This document shows positions 50,141 through 63,142 of a DNA stretch of 64,000 nucleotides, piece by piece (positions within the stretch are counted from its first letter, which is position 1; every line of letters starts with the position of its first letter). The notes under the pieces were generated by a model that was given only the letters and a program-made list of their open reading frames with translations, did no database searches and was not told where the DNA came from. The stretch lies in the NCBI GenBank assembly GCA_976551045.1, contig CDPCPM010000074.1, forward strand, positions 7,502,001 to 7,566,000, in the 5' to 3' direction. Made by a program: the position numbers and the translations under genes. The stretch comes from Glaucostegus cemiculus (taxonomy: Eukaryota).

Positions 50141-52245
50141 TTAGGGCTGATTTGGAGGATGATTGTATTAAGATTGCAGTAGTTTGGAGAACCTGGTTCC
50201 AGAGAAGTTTTTATAGCAGTGCATGAAATTCGAGAACAGTGGCCCAGAAATCCATACTAATTTGACTATGTACTGAAATGGCAGTGTGCAGTGGATCTAT
50301 ACTGGCTTTGCACAAGTCCACATAGGATCAGTTTTCTTGCATGCTCAATAGTTTGCACATTGCATATCAAAATTTTGATTGCTGCAGGTTGCAGCAATGA
50401 GGTTCATTGGCTTTAAAGTTTGATCGCCATCTATAATGGGAGCCTTTTTAAAGTGAATTTCTAAATGTGAACAATTGCTTCAAGGACTGAGGCATTTCTG
50501 GATGTGTGGGAGATGGGAGCAGGCACCATGCATCGCTAGACATTGTCCTGTCAGAGGTGAACATCGTGGCTTTCCTTGGGTGGTTCCCTCCCACCACCCC
50601 TTTGCCCCAACACCAGAAGATTTTGCCTGTGATATAGAGGATATTAGAACCATCCATGAGGAATCCAGGGCTTGCTTCAGTGGTTTGGTGAAAGTGGTTC
50701 TGTTGTGACTGTGCCCTCTAATTTGTGCTGGACAAGGCCTTGCACTCTTAAGACTCCATGTAGTTTCATGTTTTAACAAGTTCTAGTTTTTAATTTCAGG
50801 ATATGATTTGTAATTCAATTTTTTTCCTAAATTAGCTGTTAGAGTAAATTTTGGCCAGATCAGTAAACCTTGCAATTAACATACCAAAGTTTGACATTTG
50901 CTACTCTAAAGAAAACATCCAAAACTGAGAGCGGTCTGATATAGTTCTTTACCCTACAAGTCTAGTGACTATTTAGACAGAAGTAATAGTAAAATCATAC
51001 ACCTTTTTTTATACTGCACATTTTCCTCAGCAGTTTACTGATTGCCCGTAATCACTACCTCATTTATTTCCATATTTTGTTTCAATAGTTCTCACTTAGT
51101 ACTGAGAAATTGCTTATTCCTATGAAAATGAGATCCATTTTCTAATCCAGTCAAATAATTTGTATGAATTTTCATTTGCATATTTTTAAAAAAAGCTTGA
51201 GTGAACAAATGGAAAAATGTCCTGACTGTGTGCAATTGCTACTAGCCCAAGTGTGATTTTTAAAACGACCACACCACCTCCCACAATCAAAGGCTGGGCA
51301 TGGCTGTTCAATAACTAAAGGGAATTTGAAAGGACTGATAGGAAAGACATGGGAATTAATGAGCATAGGTTTGCCAATCCTTCAGGATCGACCTAGCATT
51401 CCCAGCAATTGAACAGTTGGAAAAATAAACATCCTTTTTTTTCTCTTCAAGCTCTTTCATTTCTCAAGAATAAAAAGCCAATTTGGAAGTAAACAGTGAA
51501 AAGGCAGTGATGTGGGGAAGGAACCAATGGCAGGAGTGTGGGCTTGGGCTGGTAATGCTAGAAAGTTGAGTGTTGATGCCTCAAGGATGGCCACACTTAC
51601 AGAATCTGTGCAGACCAAATAGCAAACTCCACACGACTGGTGTCGCTTCCCAGTGGCAAAGATTTTGGTAATTTTTCTGTTGGCTACTTTTTCAACTTGC
51701 TAATGTTAACTGAAATGCAAATGTGCTTAGATTGTTTTAGATTAGTCATAGATTCTTGTCTCTAACATAATTTGTGTATGGGTTTATGCAAGACTTTAAT
51801 TTTGCTGGCTTTTACATGGGTATGTATGTAGCATTTTGAGCAAATTGGATGCATGCATATTAAGATTTATTGGGATGTGGGGGGAATCTGGCTGTTTTGC
51901 CTTGTACGTGCTCCTGATTTTTGCTTTGGAATAATGTGGTTTAGATAGCCTGTAGTTTAAGTTAAATTATAGTATTTGAATAATTATTTCTAATGTCTAT
52001 GTTAACTTGTCATGAAACTAGGCTTTTTGTGCCCAGTTAAGATTATACATACTTTCCAAAGACACTAGCTTTCATTAGAATTGTAGTTTGGGAGATGTGG
52101 ATCAAGTGGGACGGTACAAAAGCTGAGATTCCAAATTCTATTACAATGTTTTCTCAGCATCTTGTATAGTCCTTATTCAGTGCACTATTAAATGTGTCTC
52201 TGCAGACGAGCTTCTCTGTGTAATCTTGTGAACTGGGGAAACAAA

Positions 52246-52585
52246 TGGGCAGCACAGTGGTGTGGCTAGTAGAGCTGCTGCCTCAGCTCCAGTGACTGGA
52301 GTTCAATCCTGGCTTTTCGGTGCTGTTTGTTTGGAGTTTGCACATTCTGACTGTGGATTTCCTCCAGGTGCTCTGGTTTCCTTCCACACCCCAAGATGTG
52401 TGGATTATTTGGTTAATTCGCATTGTCAACTGCTCCTAGTGTGAGTGGTAGAATCTGGGGTGGGGGTAGCCTGGGGGAGTTGGATGAGAATGTGGGGAAA
52501 TAAAGAAAATGGGATTGGTGTTAAATGGGTGCTCGATGGTCAGTGCTGATTTGGTGGGGCCGAGGACCTCCATCTATGCTCACTG
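52246..52585 (+). mobile_element. V-SINE (HE1-like), older copy
   Basis: gggcagcacagtggtgtggctagtagagctgctgcctca, gagttcaatcc, V-domain, CR1-like tail gggccgaggacct. Confidence 0.8.
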
Positions 52586-53199
52586 CCACTTATTCTTGGA
52601 ACTATGCTCCATTTCTTCTAAAGTATCACATTGTAAGGAAGTGGGGAAAGAAAGATTTAACCAATTCCTTCTACATCTAAAAATATAAATGGATATATTG
52701 ACATTCTTCTGTGTGGAAGGCTGGTCATGGTGTTGGATCCAGACATATCATTCTGACATTGGAATATTTGTTCATCACTTTGGCCTCCCCTGTGGCTTCT
52801 GCCATGAATATCCATGAATTCTTTTTAAAGCTTCTTTGTATAGTTTTGCAGATTTGCTTTGATGTAATTTCACTTTATCAGTCTGATTACAGCCATAGAC
52901 TCTCCTTTTTTTTTCCCCCCTACCCCTCAGATAACTAACACTAGAGACTTTTCCTCCTGTGAATCCTGATCCTGGTGACACTACCTATAGGCAGATGTGT
53001 GGTCAGCTGCCAGGTCTATATTGCTGGTACCTGTCTCTATGAAACCACTGCCTTTTGATCCTTCCACTGCATCTGTACTGTTGTCACTTGATCGGACGTC
53101 TTGCATAAGCTGGAATTCTCGGCAACATTAGGGCACCAAACACTGGGCACTTGAGTTCTGCAGTGTCTCTTATCTCTACTCCCTGTATTGGATGCTAGT

Positions 53200-53405
53200 T
53201 TTGTCACCATCGCATTTTGCTAACCCAAGTGGTGTTCAAGTTGGGTTCCCAGATCTTGTTCTTTGTAAGCTTCTACTCATTGGAAACTTCACAATCCATA
53301 TCCTGATTCTGCTTCTGCTATTTAAAACTCTCCTAATCAAGTTTAAGTCCTTTCATGAACTCTCCTCCATTCCGCTATCTGTCTCTAACCTCTGCCAGCT
53401 GTAAA
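53200..53405 (+). mobile_element. L2-like LINE 3' fragment
   Basis: FKTLLIKFKSFHELSSIPLSVSNLCQ resembles L2 FKILxLVFKSLHGLAPxYLxNLLQ. Confidence 0.4.
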
Positions 53406-53852
53406 CACCAAGCAGCCGGGGATTTGTGATCTCACGGACATTTGATCCAGTCCTCAGTTGCCTGAACCAAGGAAGTTTATAAATAAAGAAATGGAGCGAA
53501 TGATAGTAAAGAAAACTGGGTAAATTTAGAGTAGGTTTAGAAATGGGTGGAAAATAAGGTGAAGTAATGGAGAGGAAAAAGACGAAAGAGATAAACAAGA
53601 AAAGCAAATGTAAACAAACCTTGAGCTATTAATGGGAGTGATACTCTAAAGCTTCATTGTTCTCTTTCTGGGTTTCCAAGGTTGGATCGCATATCTGTAC
53701 TATAAATTACATGTACATGGTCATACCAGCCTTAAATGGCTGTGACCAGAATAACCTATCAAGAAGCAGATGGCTGCACTAAATGTAGCATGAGGTAATG
53801 GGTCAACAAAATGCTGGAGGAATTCTGGTCAGGCAGCATCTATGGAGAGAAA

Positions 53853-53890
53853 CAGATGACGTTTCAGGTTGAGACCTTTCATCAGGACTG
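53853..53890 (-). ncRNA. Minimal type I hammerhead ribozyme motif (Penelope-type)
   Basis: Reverse complement: CAGUC CUGAUGA A AGGU CUCA ACCU GAAAC GUC AUCUG. Core intact, 4-bp stem II, palindromic ACGU stem III, GUC triplet. Stem I has two inner mismatches. Confidence 0.65.
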
Positions 53891-53918
53891 ACGAAGGGTC
53901 GACCCGAAACGTTGACTG
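53883..53918 (+). ncRNA. Minimal type I hammerhead ribozyme motif (Penelope-type), sense to FOXO1 pre-mRNA
   Basis: CAGGA CUGACGA A GGG UCGA CCC GAAAC GUU GACUG. Core intact, GUU triplet, stem I partly mismatched. Confidence 0.6.
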
Positions 53919-54649
53919 TTTATTTCTCTCCATAGTTCCTCCAGCATTGTGTGCATTGCTCCAGGTTCCAGCATCTGCAAAATCTCTTGTATCTCTGACT
54001 AGTCAATGGGTTCCCACAACATCCTGTTCAGAGATTTTGTGTTGCAGCACTAAGTGTGCCTTTTTAACCAAGCTTTTTCCAATTCTTGCATCTGTCCAAC
54101 AAAGCAAAAAAACAAATTGCCCAACCAGGTTATACCTTTTAAAATCTCTCTCGTATCTTTGATCAGGGCATTTGCTGTCCTGCCAGTCAGCTCTCAATTT
54201 CTCAGTTAAGTGATGGGATTTGTCAATCATATTTTTAAGCAGCACTTGCTAATGCTCATTTTGGGTTCTGCAAGGATCACTTGCTTATTACTGTCTGGTC
54301 CAAAAGTTGCCAAGAGATTAGCTCTCACCATATCTATAGAACTAATGCTCTTGATACCAACTTATTTTGTATCAGTGTCCCATGAAGCAGCTCCCGTAAA
54401 AATGAGTTTTGTACTAAGTAAGCTTCCGGTAGTTGGAGCTGTGCCTCTCAGGAATGTCTGTAATTGTTGGAAGCTAGTCATCTCGGCCACAGAACCGTGC
54501 TTCTAGAGTATGTTGGATTCCTTATCTTCATCTGCTTCACTTCCCTCCAATATTAAGGTGAAGAGCATTTAGATGGATCGAAATGTGCAAAGCAGTTATC
54601 TTTATCCAACAAAAGGATGTCTAACCACCCAAGTTTGATACTCAGAAGT

Positions 54650-55300
54650 ATTATGATTATTGAATCTACTGCCATCAACTTTTTCTGCTCAACCATGATG
54701 GGCAACTTGGACCACCAATTTACAAGTCAATCAAAAGCTTAGGTACTCTGTGGCCAGTGACTCTTCTAATTCCCCAAAACATTCCTACCACTGAAAGCTA
54801 GAAGTCACAGGTCAAGAGTATGATGGAATACATCTCACATACTTTTGACTTCTGAAAAGCAGCAGCTTGATGCCTTTTTTTAGGGGCACAGCAGCCTACT
54901 TGTTTGGGATTTCAACCACCACATTTAACAATTCACACTCTACACCAGTACAGGTGGGCCATGCTTGCATTGTGTACCATTTACAAGATGTATTGTGACT
55001 CTTTAGTTCACCCTTTGATTGCACTTCCTGAACCTGTAACAACTACCTCCAGCAGGTGCATGGGAACACCAAGAACTGTTGGGTTCCCCTCCAAGTTATG
55101 CACAACCCATATTTAAAAATGTATTGCTGATCCTTTGGTACTACTTGTACCTGATCTTTTGAGCATTCAACTTGCAGCACCAGGAGAATCTTGCCAGAAG
55201 TGTTGCCTCCATTCAAGATGGCAACTCGCCTGCACCACCTGTGGGGCAGTTGAGATGGGCCTTAAATGTTGGCCTTGATGACAATGCTTGCAACCAGTGA
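54650..55300 (+). mobile_element. LINE 3' remnant (family of 39940-40900, opposite orientation)
   Basis: caggtcaagagtatgatggaatac (QVKSMMEY) and tail gggcagttgagatgggccttaaatgttggccttg. Confidence 0.6.
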
Positions 55301-56874
55301 TTAAATAATGTTAATCCAATAACTTCACGAGCCAATCAGGAAGCTCAATGAGTTTTGTTTCCCATTTTGGTCAATAATAATAGAGCAGTCCTAACACCCA
55401 ACAATTTGTGGTACCCTTTAGCTGCACAATAAATCCACTATAATTTTGTTTTAGCAGTTTGAGTTGATGTGACACCAGGTCACATTTCCTTGGTATTGGT
55501 CCTACCCAGAAATGTATGTTGTCATTTTGTTATCTTATGGAAAAGTCTGTGCATTTAAACCAGCCTCCCACTCCTTGCCCTATTGCTTAATTGGTGCATT
55601 CAGCACTTTGTATAACTAGTATCCTACTAGTCCATATCAATGTGATATTAATATGAAACCAGTTGATTGAACTGTATTCTGGTGATTGCTGCCTTAGTGT
55701 CTCCCTTCCAATTTACTAGATTATATACTGACTTTTAGACCAGGCACATTAGTGCAGATTACACAAAGAAAATCGCTTATTATTAAGATTGATGGATAAC
55801 ATTTATCGAGAACTGTAAGGTTACAGTTTTACTGAGCTGGGTTACTATAAAAAGACTATTGCTGATTGAGTTTAATAAGTCATAGGTAATACTTTAGCAG
55901 CTTAACAATCTTGTACAAGTAAAAAAAACAGTAAAATTAATGTGACAAACTGGAGATTCCATCGAATATTCTGCTGTTGATGATATAAGGTCAACATAAA
56001 TGTCAAACAGGATTATTTGGTAATGAAGTGTGTGAGGTATCTATAGGAAACAAAAGGGGAAACAGTGAAGTTGCCATGACAACAGACTTGTGACTTTTTG
56101 ATCTGTTCTGGAGGCACCAGAATGCAAGCACTTAATGCTTAGTGGTAATTTCATTTGTTGCATTTTGTACCCTTTTTACCGCAAAAATACTCAAGCCATA
56201 TTAAGGCCCTAGAATTGCCTTACTCTGACGTTGTGAGCAAAGTAGTGTTTGCTTTTCCAAATAAAAAGTACTATGTAAAATTTTTGAGCTTTCAATTGGT
56301 TTACTACCTTGCTACATCAGAGGTTGCTAGTTCACAATAGTTAATTTTGTCTGTTTTTTTTTATTGACTGCTATAGGCCAATGTTGGGGGTGATGGATAG
56401 TAGTCATTTGGATTGATCATTGGAAATGGTGTTTAACATTTTTTGCCTTAAAGGAACACCAATGGAATTATGTCATTTGAAATTGAGAATATCTTTTGAC
56501 CTTGTTTCACAGGAATAATACCTATTAAGATAGGTCTCATTCATTTTAGGGGGTTGAGAGACTGAGCACCATGCTGTTTCATAATAGCTGGAGCATTAGC
56601 TATCATTGTGATTAGTAGTGTACAATTTTGATCCCTTATCAGGAAGTTTTGTCTGGGCAATCCTTGACATCACTGAAATGTTAATATTGTTAACAGTGCA
56701 TTGACTGCTTAACTTGCATGAAAATTTCTGACTTTACACTAAGTGCACATGTTAACACAGACCATATGCATGCATTTGTGTAAGGATGTCAAAGTTGATG
56801 CTGTCTGTTCACATACTTGAATGAAATGTAAAGAATTCAGAAATAGCACTATTTAGTACCAAGAACCTTTTCCA

Positions 56875-57230
56875 AAAATCATTTATTATTGCTGACATAT
56901 GATGTGAAATTTATTGTTTTGCAGCAGAGTACATGCAAGACATAAATCTATAAATTACAAAAATAGTGCAAAAAGAAGCAATAATGAGGTAGTGTTCATA
57001 GACGGTTCAGAAATCTGGTGGAGGGGAAGAAGCTGTTCCTGAATCATTGAGTGTAAGTCTTCAGCTCCTCCCTGATGGTAGTAACGAGAAGAAGCAATGC
57101 CCCAGCTGGTGAGGGTCCTTAGTGATGGATGCTGCTGGCTTGATCCACTGTCTCTTGATGTCGGGGAGGATTGTACCCATGATGGACCTGGCTGAGTCTA
57201 TAATCCTCTGCTGCTTCTTGCAATCCTGAT
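56875..57230 (-). mobile_element. Rex1/Babar-like LINE 3' end
   Basis: aggtagtgttcat...ttcagaaatctg...ggaggggaagaagctgttcctgaatc...cctgatggtagtaacgagaag...gggtccttagtgatggatgctg. Confidence 0.6.
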
Positions 57231-60200
57231 GCACTGAAGTTTTGTATCCATGAAGGATTAACTATGACCTAAATTTTGCATACCTGTCTCAAAACATCCA
57301 GTACAGATTTTGATTTTGACTGGATAGTATGGATTGTCTTAACAACAAAATTCAATGGAATGCACAAAGAATATGGCCCTGAGACAAGGCCAACAGTCAC
57401 TACTTAACTAGGTGATCATAAGCATTACTGCTTTTGTCTAATATACTACTGTACATTGTGAAAACGCTTATTTTTTGTGCACTCTAGCATGTCAATTTCC
57501 AATTGATTTAAAATCATTTTGGCTCTACTATTTACCAGTGGGTAGCCCATGATTGTTGCTGAACCTCATCTTTTTGTGGATCAGCTATAGTTAACTTGTG
57601 CTCCCAAGCTGATCTGATCCTCATTTCTGTAAGAGAGCCCTGTGTAATCAATACCTTCACATGGGATGGAGGCTGTAGCAAATCCTATTTGCTAAATAGT
57701 TGAGGGGGGGAAAAAGCTTTTCATTAGTTGGTTCATCTTTGCCTCCTGATTTAGCCATCCATTAATTCTGTCAAAATCTTTTGGATGCCAGTGTAATGAA
57801 ATTGCTGCATCTTCAAGCTCTGTCAGACTCCACAACTCTATAAGCAGTCCAATTTCAGAGCAGAGTCAGGAAATTGTTAGCGAAGAGTGACAGAGTATGA
57901 GAGTTCCATTATTCACAAAAGGATCCTAAATTGTGGGGATAACATGATGAAATACTCAGGTTTTGTACAGAACATCCAGCCTTTCCCTGCAAGGTGTGGT
58001 TCTTTTATAGTTCTACTTGTGCATTGATAAGGCTTTGAATTAATTTTTTGTCCATCAAGGACATTTTGGGGTATTTCACATATAGATGATGCATCTAGTC
58101 AAACCATTTTAAGAGTAAACCTTGTTCCAGTATTGTATATAAGCCAGGGAGCTGGAAACACCTTTTATTGGAAGTCCCAGCTGTCTTGTGTGGAAGTTCA
58201 TAGTGAGTTGTGTATGTGTGGCAGAGTAATGTGTGAAAAGATTGTTTAGTGCCCAGAGAGGTGAGGGAAAAGTGCAAAAATTTGTCAGCATGTTTAACCC
58301 CCTTGCCAAGATCCTGTTTCACTTTGTATTTGTCTGGAGTTGCCAGCAGACACAACATCATTAACAGCAGGACATACTTTCATAAGATTAAGAGGTAATC
58401 ATTTTTTCCTCCCAGGCTGGTAAATTAGTGCTTCATTTATGGCTTGTGCTTCGCACGAAAAACAGGAATTTGTGTAGCAACCCTGCAGCCCTTTTCCTGT
58501 TGGGAAGAAAGACTTTATTGTTTGGCAACACCAGGAGACAGTGCTTTTAGCTGGAAGCATGACCTGAAAACTCACCCATTGATCTAACTGTTGCAGACAG
58601 AGCCAGGATCTCTGTAGGTGTCTTAATTGTTTTTATTAAAAAGTGAAGGGAGGCCCATATACACTATCAACAGCCAACTGCATGTAGATAAGGCAGTGAT
58701 GTTGTGACCTCAATGAATTTAATTCCATAAGCGACTAATTTAATGTCCTTGGTTCTGCCGCTAATGTTTATGTGAACAGTGGAACAAAAAAACAGTGGGA
58801 GCTGAGTAAAATGTTCTTTTCAAAATAACAGCCTTTTTTCAATGTCCTAACTTGAGTTTTCAGTAGTTGGGTATAACTTATCAGCAAGAAGGAAAGGAAA
58901 ATGATGTAATAAATGTTCCACGAGATGGTAATGTACATCAGTTGTGATTTTAAAAAAACATTTAGCAGAAACTTAAATACTTGGTCCCTGGTTAAACATT
59001 AATTCTCTATCTATCTGGTATTAAACAAACTGAAGTATTGCCTAAAGATTTGCAGATTGTTGTAGGTATGCTAGAAATGACCTGGATTTGTGATCAGTTC
59101 TATTTCAAGCTAAATTAATGGATATCGAATTTCTGCATTGACCAGCAATTAAGTTGATTTTTCAAATTTGTATCAATTTGCTTGCCTTCCTGCTGTTGCA
59201 GTCAAGACTCTACATTTTAGCAAATTTCAAGTTTTTGAACAAAACATTTTTTTTCTCTTCTTGGGGATAGACCATGATGTCTGTTTTTTGGTCATGCCTT
59301 TTTCTAGTTTGGGGCCAATAAAATAGAAACCCAAAGCTTATAAATTAATGCAGTTTATTATGCATTGAAAATCTTTCTGCTGGGTTACGATATAATTTTA
59401 AGGATGTTGTATATTATACCAGGAGCCCATTTTGCATAATTATGGTGCATCTTGTAGTGTGCAAATATAATTAACTACAAGCTGAGAACACAGGCATATG
59501 ACTATGAACGGTTCTGATTTGATTAGCTTTGATTGGTAGCAAGTTAACATTAGCTATAATCTTCTATCTTTACATGTACCCCCCCATACCTTTCCACTCA
59601 CTCTTCTGATATTCCCCCACACTGCCCCCCCTCAAATGCTACCCAACCATTTTGCCCAATAATTATTGATCTCCATTCCAGACACTGGTGGTATGTTGCT
59701 CGAAACCCATATTTCTATTGAGTGAGGGAAGTAAAGCAGACTGCACATCTCCACATTACCATTTGTAAGAGTTGAGCCAGAATGTTTTTGTAATAGTTTT
59801 GAGTTATTAATCATGGCAACCCATTATTACTAACTCTTTACATAGGTTGCTGAAGTATATTGGGTCACACTTAACTAGAATGGGATTAGATTTTTGTTGT
59901 TGTAATTAGCAGAATGTGAGTGTAATAGGCTGTTCTGTTTTTGAATTAATGCCACATTTTTGGTTCCAAAATACCTCGTACAGTACAAGTCTTGAAGCTA
60001 AATCTTCATTGTCTTGTAATCATGAAGTTGTGCTGTGATCAATGAGATTGTGCAAGCCTGCAGCTCTGTAGTGTAATAGTGCACACACTCTAGGTTTTGT
60101 TTCTAGTTGTGCCAGCTTGGCTTGCTGTAAAAATTGAATGAACAGAGCTGTACATGATAGTACCCCTGTGGTTTCTTGATTAAACTGAAACTATCCCCTC

Positions 60201-60364
60201 AGTTCCATTTACTGTTTTCCACCCCCCCACCACACCACCCAGTACCCTACCAGTTTAATTTACTTGGGAAGGAAATGCTTAGAACATTGGTTTGTGAAGC
60301 AAAGTATTAAAGCAGTGCACTGAAGCAGAATTTCTGACTTGGCTATATGTATTTTCTTTTGCAG

Positions 60365-61702
60365 AACTCAATCCGTCATAATCTGTCACTGCACAGCAAG
60401 TTTGTAAGAGTGCAGAATGAGGGAACTGGCAAGAGTTCCTGGTGGATGTTAAATCCTGAAGGGGGAAAGAGTGGAAAATCTCCAAGAAGAAGAGCAGCAT
60501 CTATGGATAACAATAGTAAGTTTGCTAAAAGCAGAGGAAGAGCAGCTAAGAAAAAAGCAGCACTTCAGGCAGGCCAAGACGGCAGTGCTGATAGTCCTGG
60601 AACACAGTTCTCAAAATGGCCTGGAAGTCCGAACTCCCACAGTAATGATGATTTTGATGCCTGGACCACCTTCAGAACGAGAACTGGTTCAAATGCTAGC
60701 ACATTAAGTGGAAGGCTCTCTCCTATTATGCCAGAACAGGAAGATATTGGCGATGGTGAGGTTCATCAAATGTCACCCTTAGTCTACCCTGGTAGCTCCA
60801 GTAAAATGGCATCAACACTACCGAGTCTAAGTGAGATGACTATGAACAATTCTATGACTGAAAATGTAATGGAAAATCTTTTGGACAATTTGAATCTTCT
60901 GTCCCCAAACTCATCACTGGTAGCATCTACCCAGCCTTCGTCAGTGTCACTAATGCAGCAAAGCTCTGGCTACTCGTTTGCACCCCAGAACACAGCCATT
61001 GGTTCACAGACCCCAGATTACAGAAAATGCCTCTATGCTCAAAGCAGTATGAATTCTCTACAGCAAATGCCTTTGCAGACCTTTCAAGACAAAAAACAGA
61101 ACTTTGGACAGATCACTCAATATAACTGTCCAACGGGGCTTCTTAAAGAGTTGCTAACTTCTGACTCACCTCCACACAGTGATATGTTACCACAAGTGGA
61201 TACTGTGGTATCACAAGCTAATGGTCGAATGGGCAGTCAAAGTATGATGATCCCCACAACAGTAATGTCCTCATATGCTAACCAGGGAGTTCACACCAAG
61301 TTGATGAACCCCAGCATCCAGCAGCATCCAGTACATAGCCAGCAGTCAGTTGCAATGAATGGCCGTGTCTTACCTCATACTGTGAGCATCATGACTCATC
61401 CTTCAAATATCCGACATCTCCCAGCTCAGAAAAACCAGTTACATGTGCCTATGTCTCTGCAACTTAATGCAATGGATCCGTATTCTATTAATAGTAATGG
61501 AGGCTATGGAAGAATGAATATTGCTGCTGTGAATCAAGAGAAGCTCCCTAGTGACTTGGACGATATGTTCATTGAAAGCCTGGACTGTGATGTTGAGTCT
61601 ATTATTCGTAATGACCTTATGGATGGTGATACTCTAGACTTTAACTTTGACTGCTATTCAAACAGTTCAAAAGCACCCACACACAGCTGGGTATCTGGCT
61701 AA
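60365..61702 (+). CDS. FOXO1: Forkhead box protein O1, coding exon 2 (445 codons + TAA)
   Basis: [49 protein letters not shown] (S256 equivalent), RTRTGSNAS (S319 equivalent), [26 protein letters not shown]3 [23 protein letters not shown], and the FOXO1-type end THSWVSG*. Confidence 0.97.
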   Translation, partial: NSIRHNLSLHSKFVRVQNEGTGKSSWWMLNPEGGKSGKSPRRRAASMDNNSKFAKSRGRAAKKKAALQAGQDGSADSPGTQFSKWPGSPNSHSNDDFDAWTTFRTRTGSNASTLSGRLSPIMPEQEDIGDGEVHQMSPLVYPGSSSKMASTLPSLSEMTMNNSMTENVMENLLDNLNLLSPNSSLVASTQPSSVSLMQQSSGYSFAPQNTAIGSQTPDYRKCLYAQSSMNSLQQMPLQTFQDKKQNFGQITQYNCPTGLLKELLTSDSPPHSDMLPQVDTVVSQANGRMGSQSMMIPTTVMSSYANQGVHTKLMNPSIQQHPVHSQQSVAMNGRVLPHTVSIMTHPSNIRHLPAQKNQLHVPMSLQLNAMDPYSINSNGGYGRMNIAAVNQEKLPSDLDDMFIESLDCDVESIIRNDLMDGDTLDFNFDCYSNSSKAPTHSWVSG

Positions 61703-61711
61703 TTTTTCTAA

Positions 61712-61720
61712 GAGGTGGGT
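61712..61720 (+). other. FOXO1: Probable splice donor of a 3'-UTR intron (exon 2 ends at 61714)
   Basis: GAG|GTGGGT lies 12 nt after the stop. Vertebrate FOXO1 has an intron shortly after the stop and a non-coding exon 3. I could not identify exon 3 in this window. Confidence 0.7.
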
Positions 61721-62574
61721 ATTAGATTTTGTACAAAAACTTCATACTCTTTGTGTACATTAACATTGCCTCTAGTTTGCTGATAACTTGAATCAAATTA
61801 AGTAGTATAGTAATATTGTTCTTTGCATGAATATTATGCAGCTGAACAAGGATATAATCTTGTTTGAAATTGACATTGGGGAGAAAGTGTAACTTCAAAG
61901 GAAGGGAAATTTAAGTGAGTTGGAATCTACAGTTTGCTTTCTGCCTGGCCCAGATGAATGATGGAAGTGTCTGCCATTTTGTGAAAATTAGGAAAATGTA
62001 CTGTCTGCCCATTGGGGCTAATGTAATGGGAGGTCCAGATTAGTGAAGCCTGGAGAAGTAGTGTTGCAATGCAAAGTAATCTCAAATGGATTCTTTTAAC
62101 TCTAATCCTCCATTGTTATGAGGTTATCTGTACTTGTACTGTAGTTTCAATTAGCAGTTGGGAATTGATGTCATCAAATCTTAGCTTGCATATTTAAAAA
62201 AAAAGCGCTCCATTGCTTGTAGCTAGCCCACAGAGTCAGAATAGGAGAATGCCATACATCCACTATAACTGGATACCTGCTTGGATAAAAAGTTTAAATT
62301 GACTTTCCTTTCACCCCCAAACAATTTTGGAAAACACTTATGATTCAGCCTTCTGAATTTGTAATTCTTCGTAAATAATATAACATTGGTATTACTAAAT
62401 GAGAATTGTTTTGAGTGGGTGCTACCTCAATGCTTTGCTTCTTTGTTTAAAAATCTACCTGTAAAGAATAGGCCTTGCCACACTCCTGTGAAGAGTAGTT
62501 GAATATCAAACAACAGCTATTACTATCTAGGCTGAAATTAACTGTCTCCTTCTGCAAGCAAATTGTCCCAATCT

Positions 62575-62960
62575 CCATGCTGGTGATAGGTTGGTTCAGA
62601 AGGTTGAGAGTTCAAGCTCTAGTGCACAGATGACCAACAAATCTGAATTGATACTTGTGATTACTAGGATAATACTCTAGTATCTCATGGGTAAAATATT
62701 AAATTGGTGGTTTCGTTCCAATGAGTAATCTTATACTGTCAGGAGACTAAAGAGCTCTTGCACTGTTATTTCTCCAACATTTGGCATCTCCAAAGTAGTT
62801 TAGCCAGCCATTTTGTCTTGGCTCTTTATAATAAACAAATTGGTCACCATGTTGCCTACAAAACTAATCACATCAAAAGTAACTTGTTTGGGCTGTGAGC
62901 ATTTTGGGATATCTGATGTATAAAGCACCTGTACAAATGCATAATGAATTTTTATTTCCT
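62575..62960 (+). mobile_element. DeuSINE remnant downstream of exon 2
   Basis: cagaaggttgagagttcaagc head and caaattggtcaccatgttgcctaca...ggctgtgagcattttgggatatctga...aaagcacctgtacaaatgca. Confidence 0.55.
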
Positions 62961-63142
62961 TATCTGTAACAGCCCTCTAACCACATGTAGGGAAGAGAAA
63001 TTCTGCTCAGTTTCTTTTTCAGACTGTAGTACCACATTTATTTGGATTGCACAACCACAGAATATAGGGACTTAAGTTTGTAACTATTTATCATGAAGGC
63101 TGGTCTTTATTTAAATAACATAAGCTTACTTGATGGAATATT

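Larger units (their letters stand above)
53805..53995. mobile_element. Fold-back (MITE-like) element made of two inverted Penelope 3' termini
   Basis: Arms tgctggaggaa...ctatggagagaaacag and ctgtttatttctctccatag-ttcctccagca. The right end ccagcatctgca matches the Penelope tail at 13515-13530. Confidence 0.8.
2105..60364 (+). other. FOXO1: FOXO1 intron 1 (58,260 bp, phase 0, GT-AG)
   Basis: Donor GTGGGA at 2105 and acceptor tattttcttttgcAG at 60364. The join gives ...SSAGWK|[10 protein letters not shown]..., a continuous forkhead helix 3. Confidence 0.96.

Noticed and set aside
60347-60364. ATG start MYFLLQ of the 451-aa ORF
   Set aside because: Lies in the polypyrimidine tract and acceptor of intron 1.
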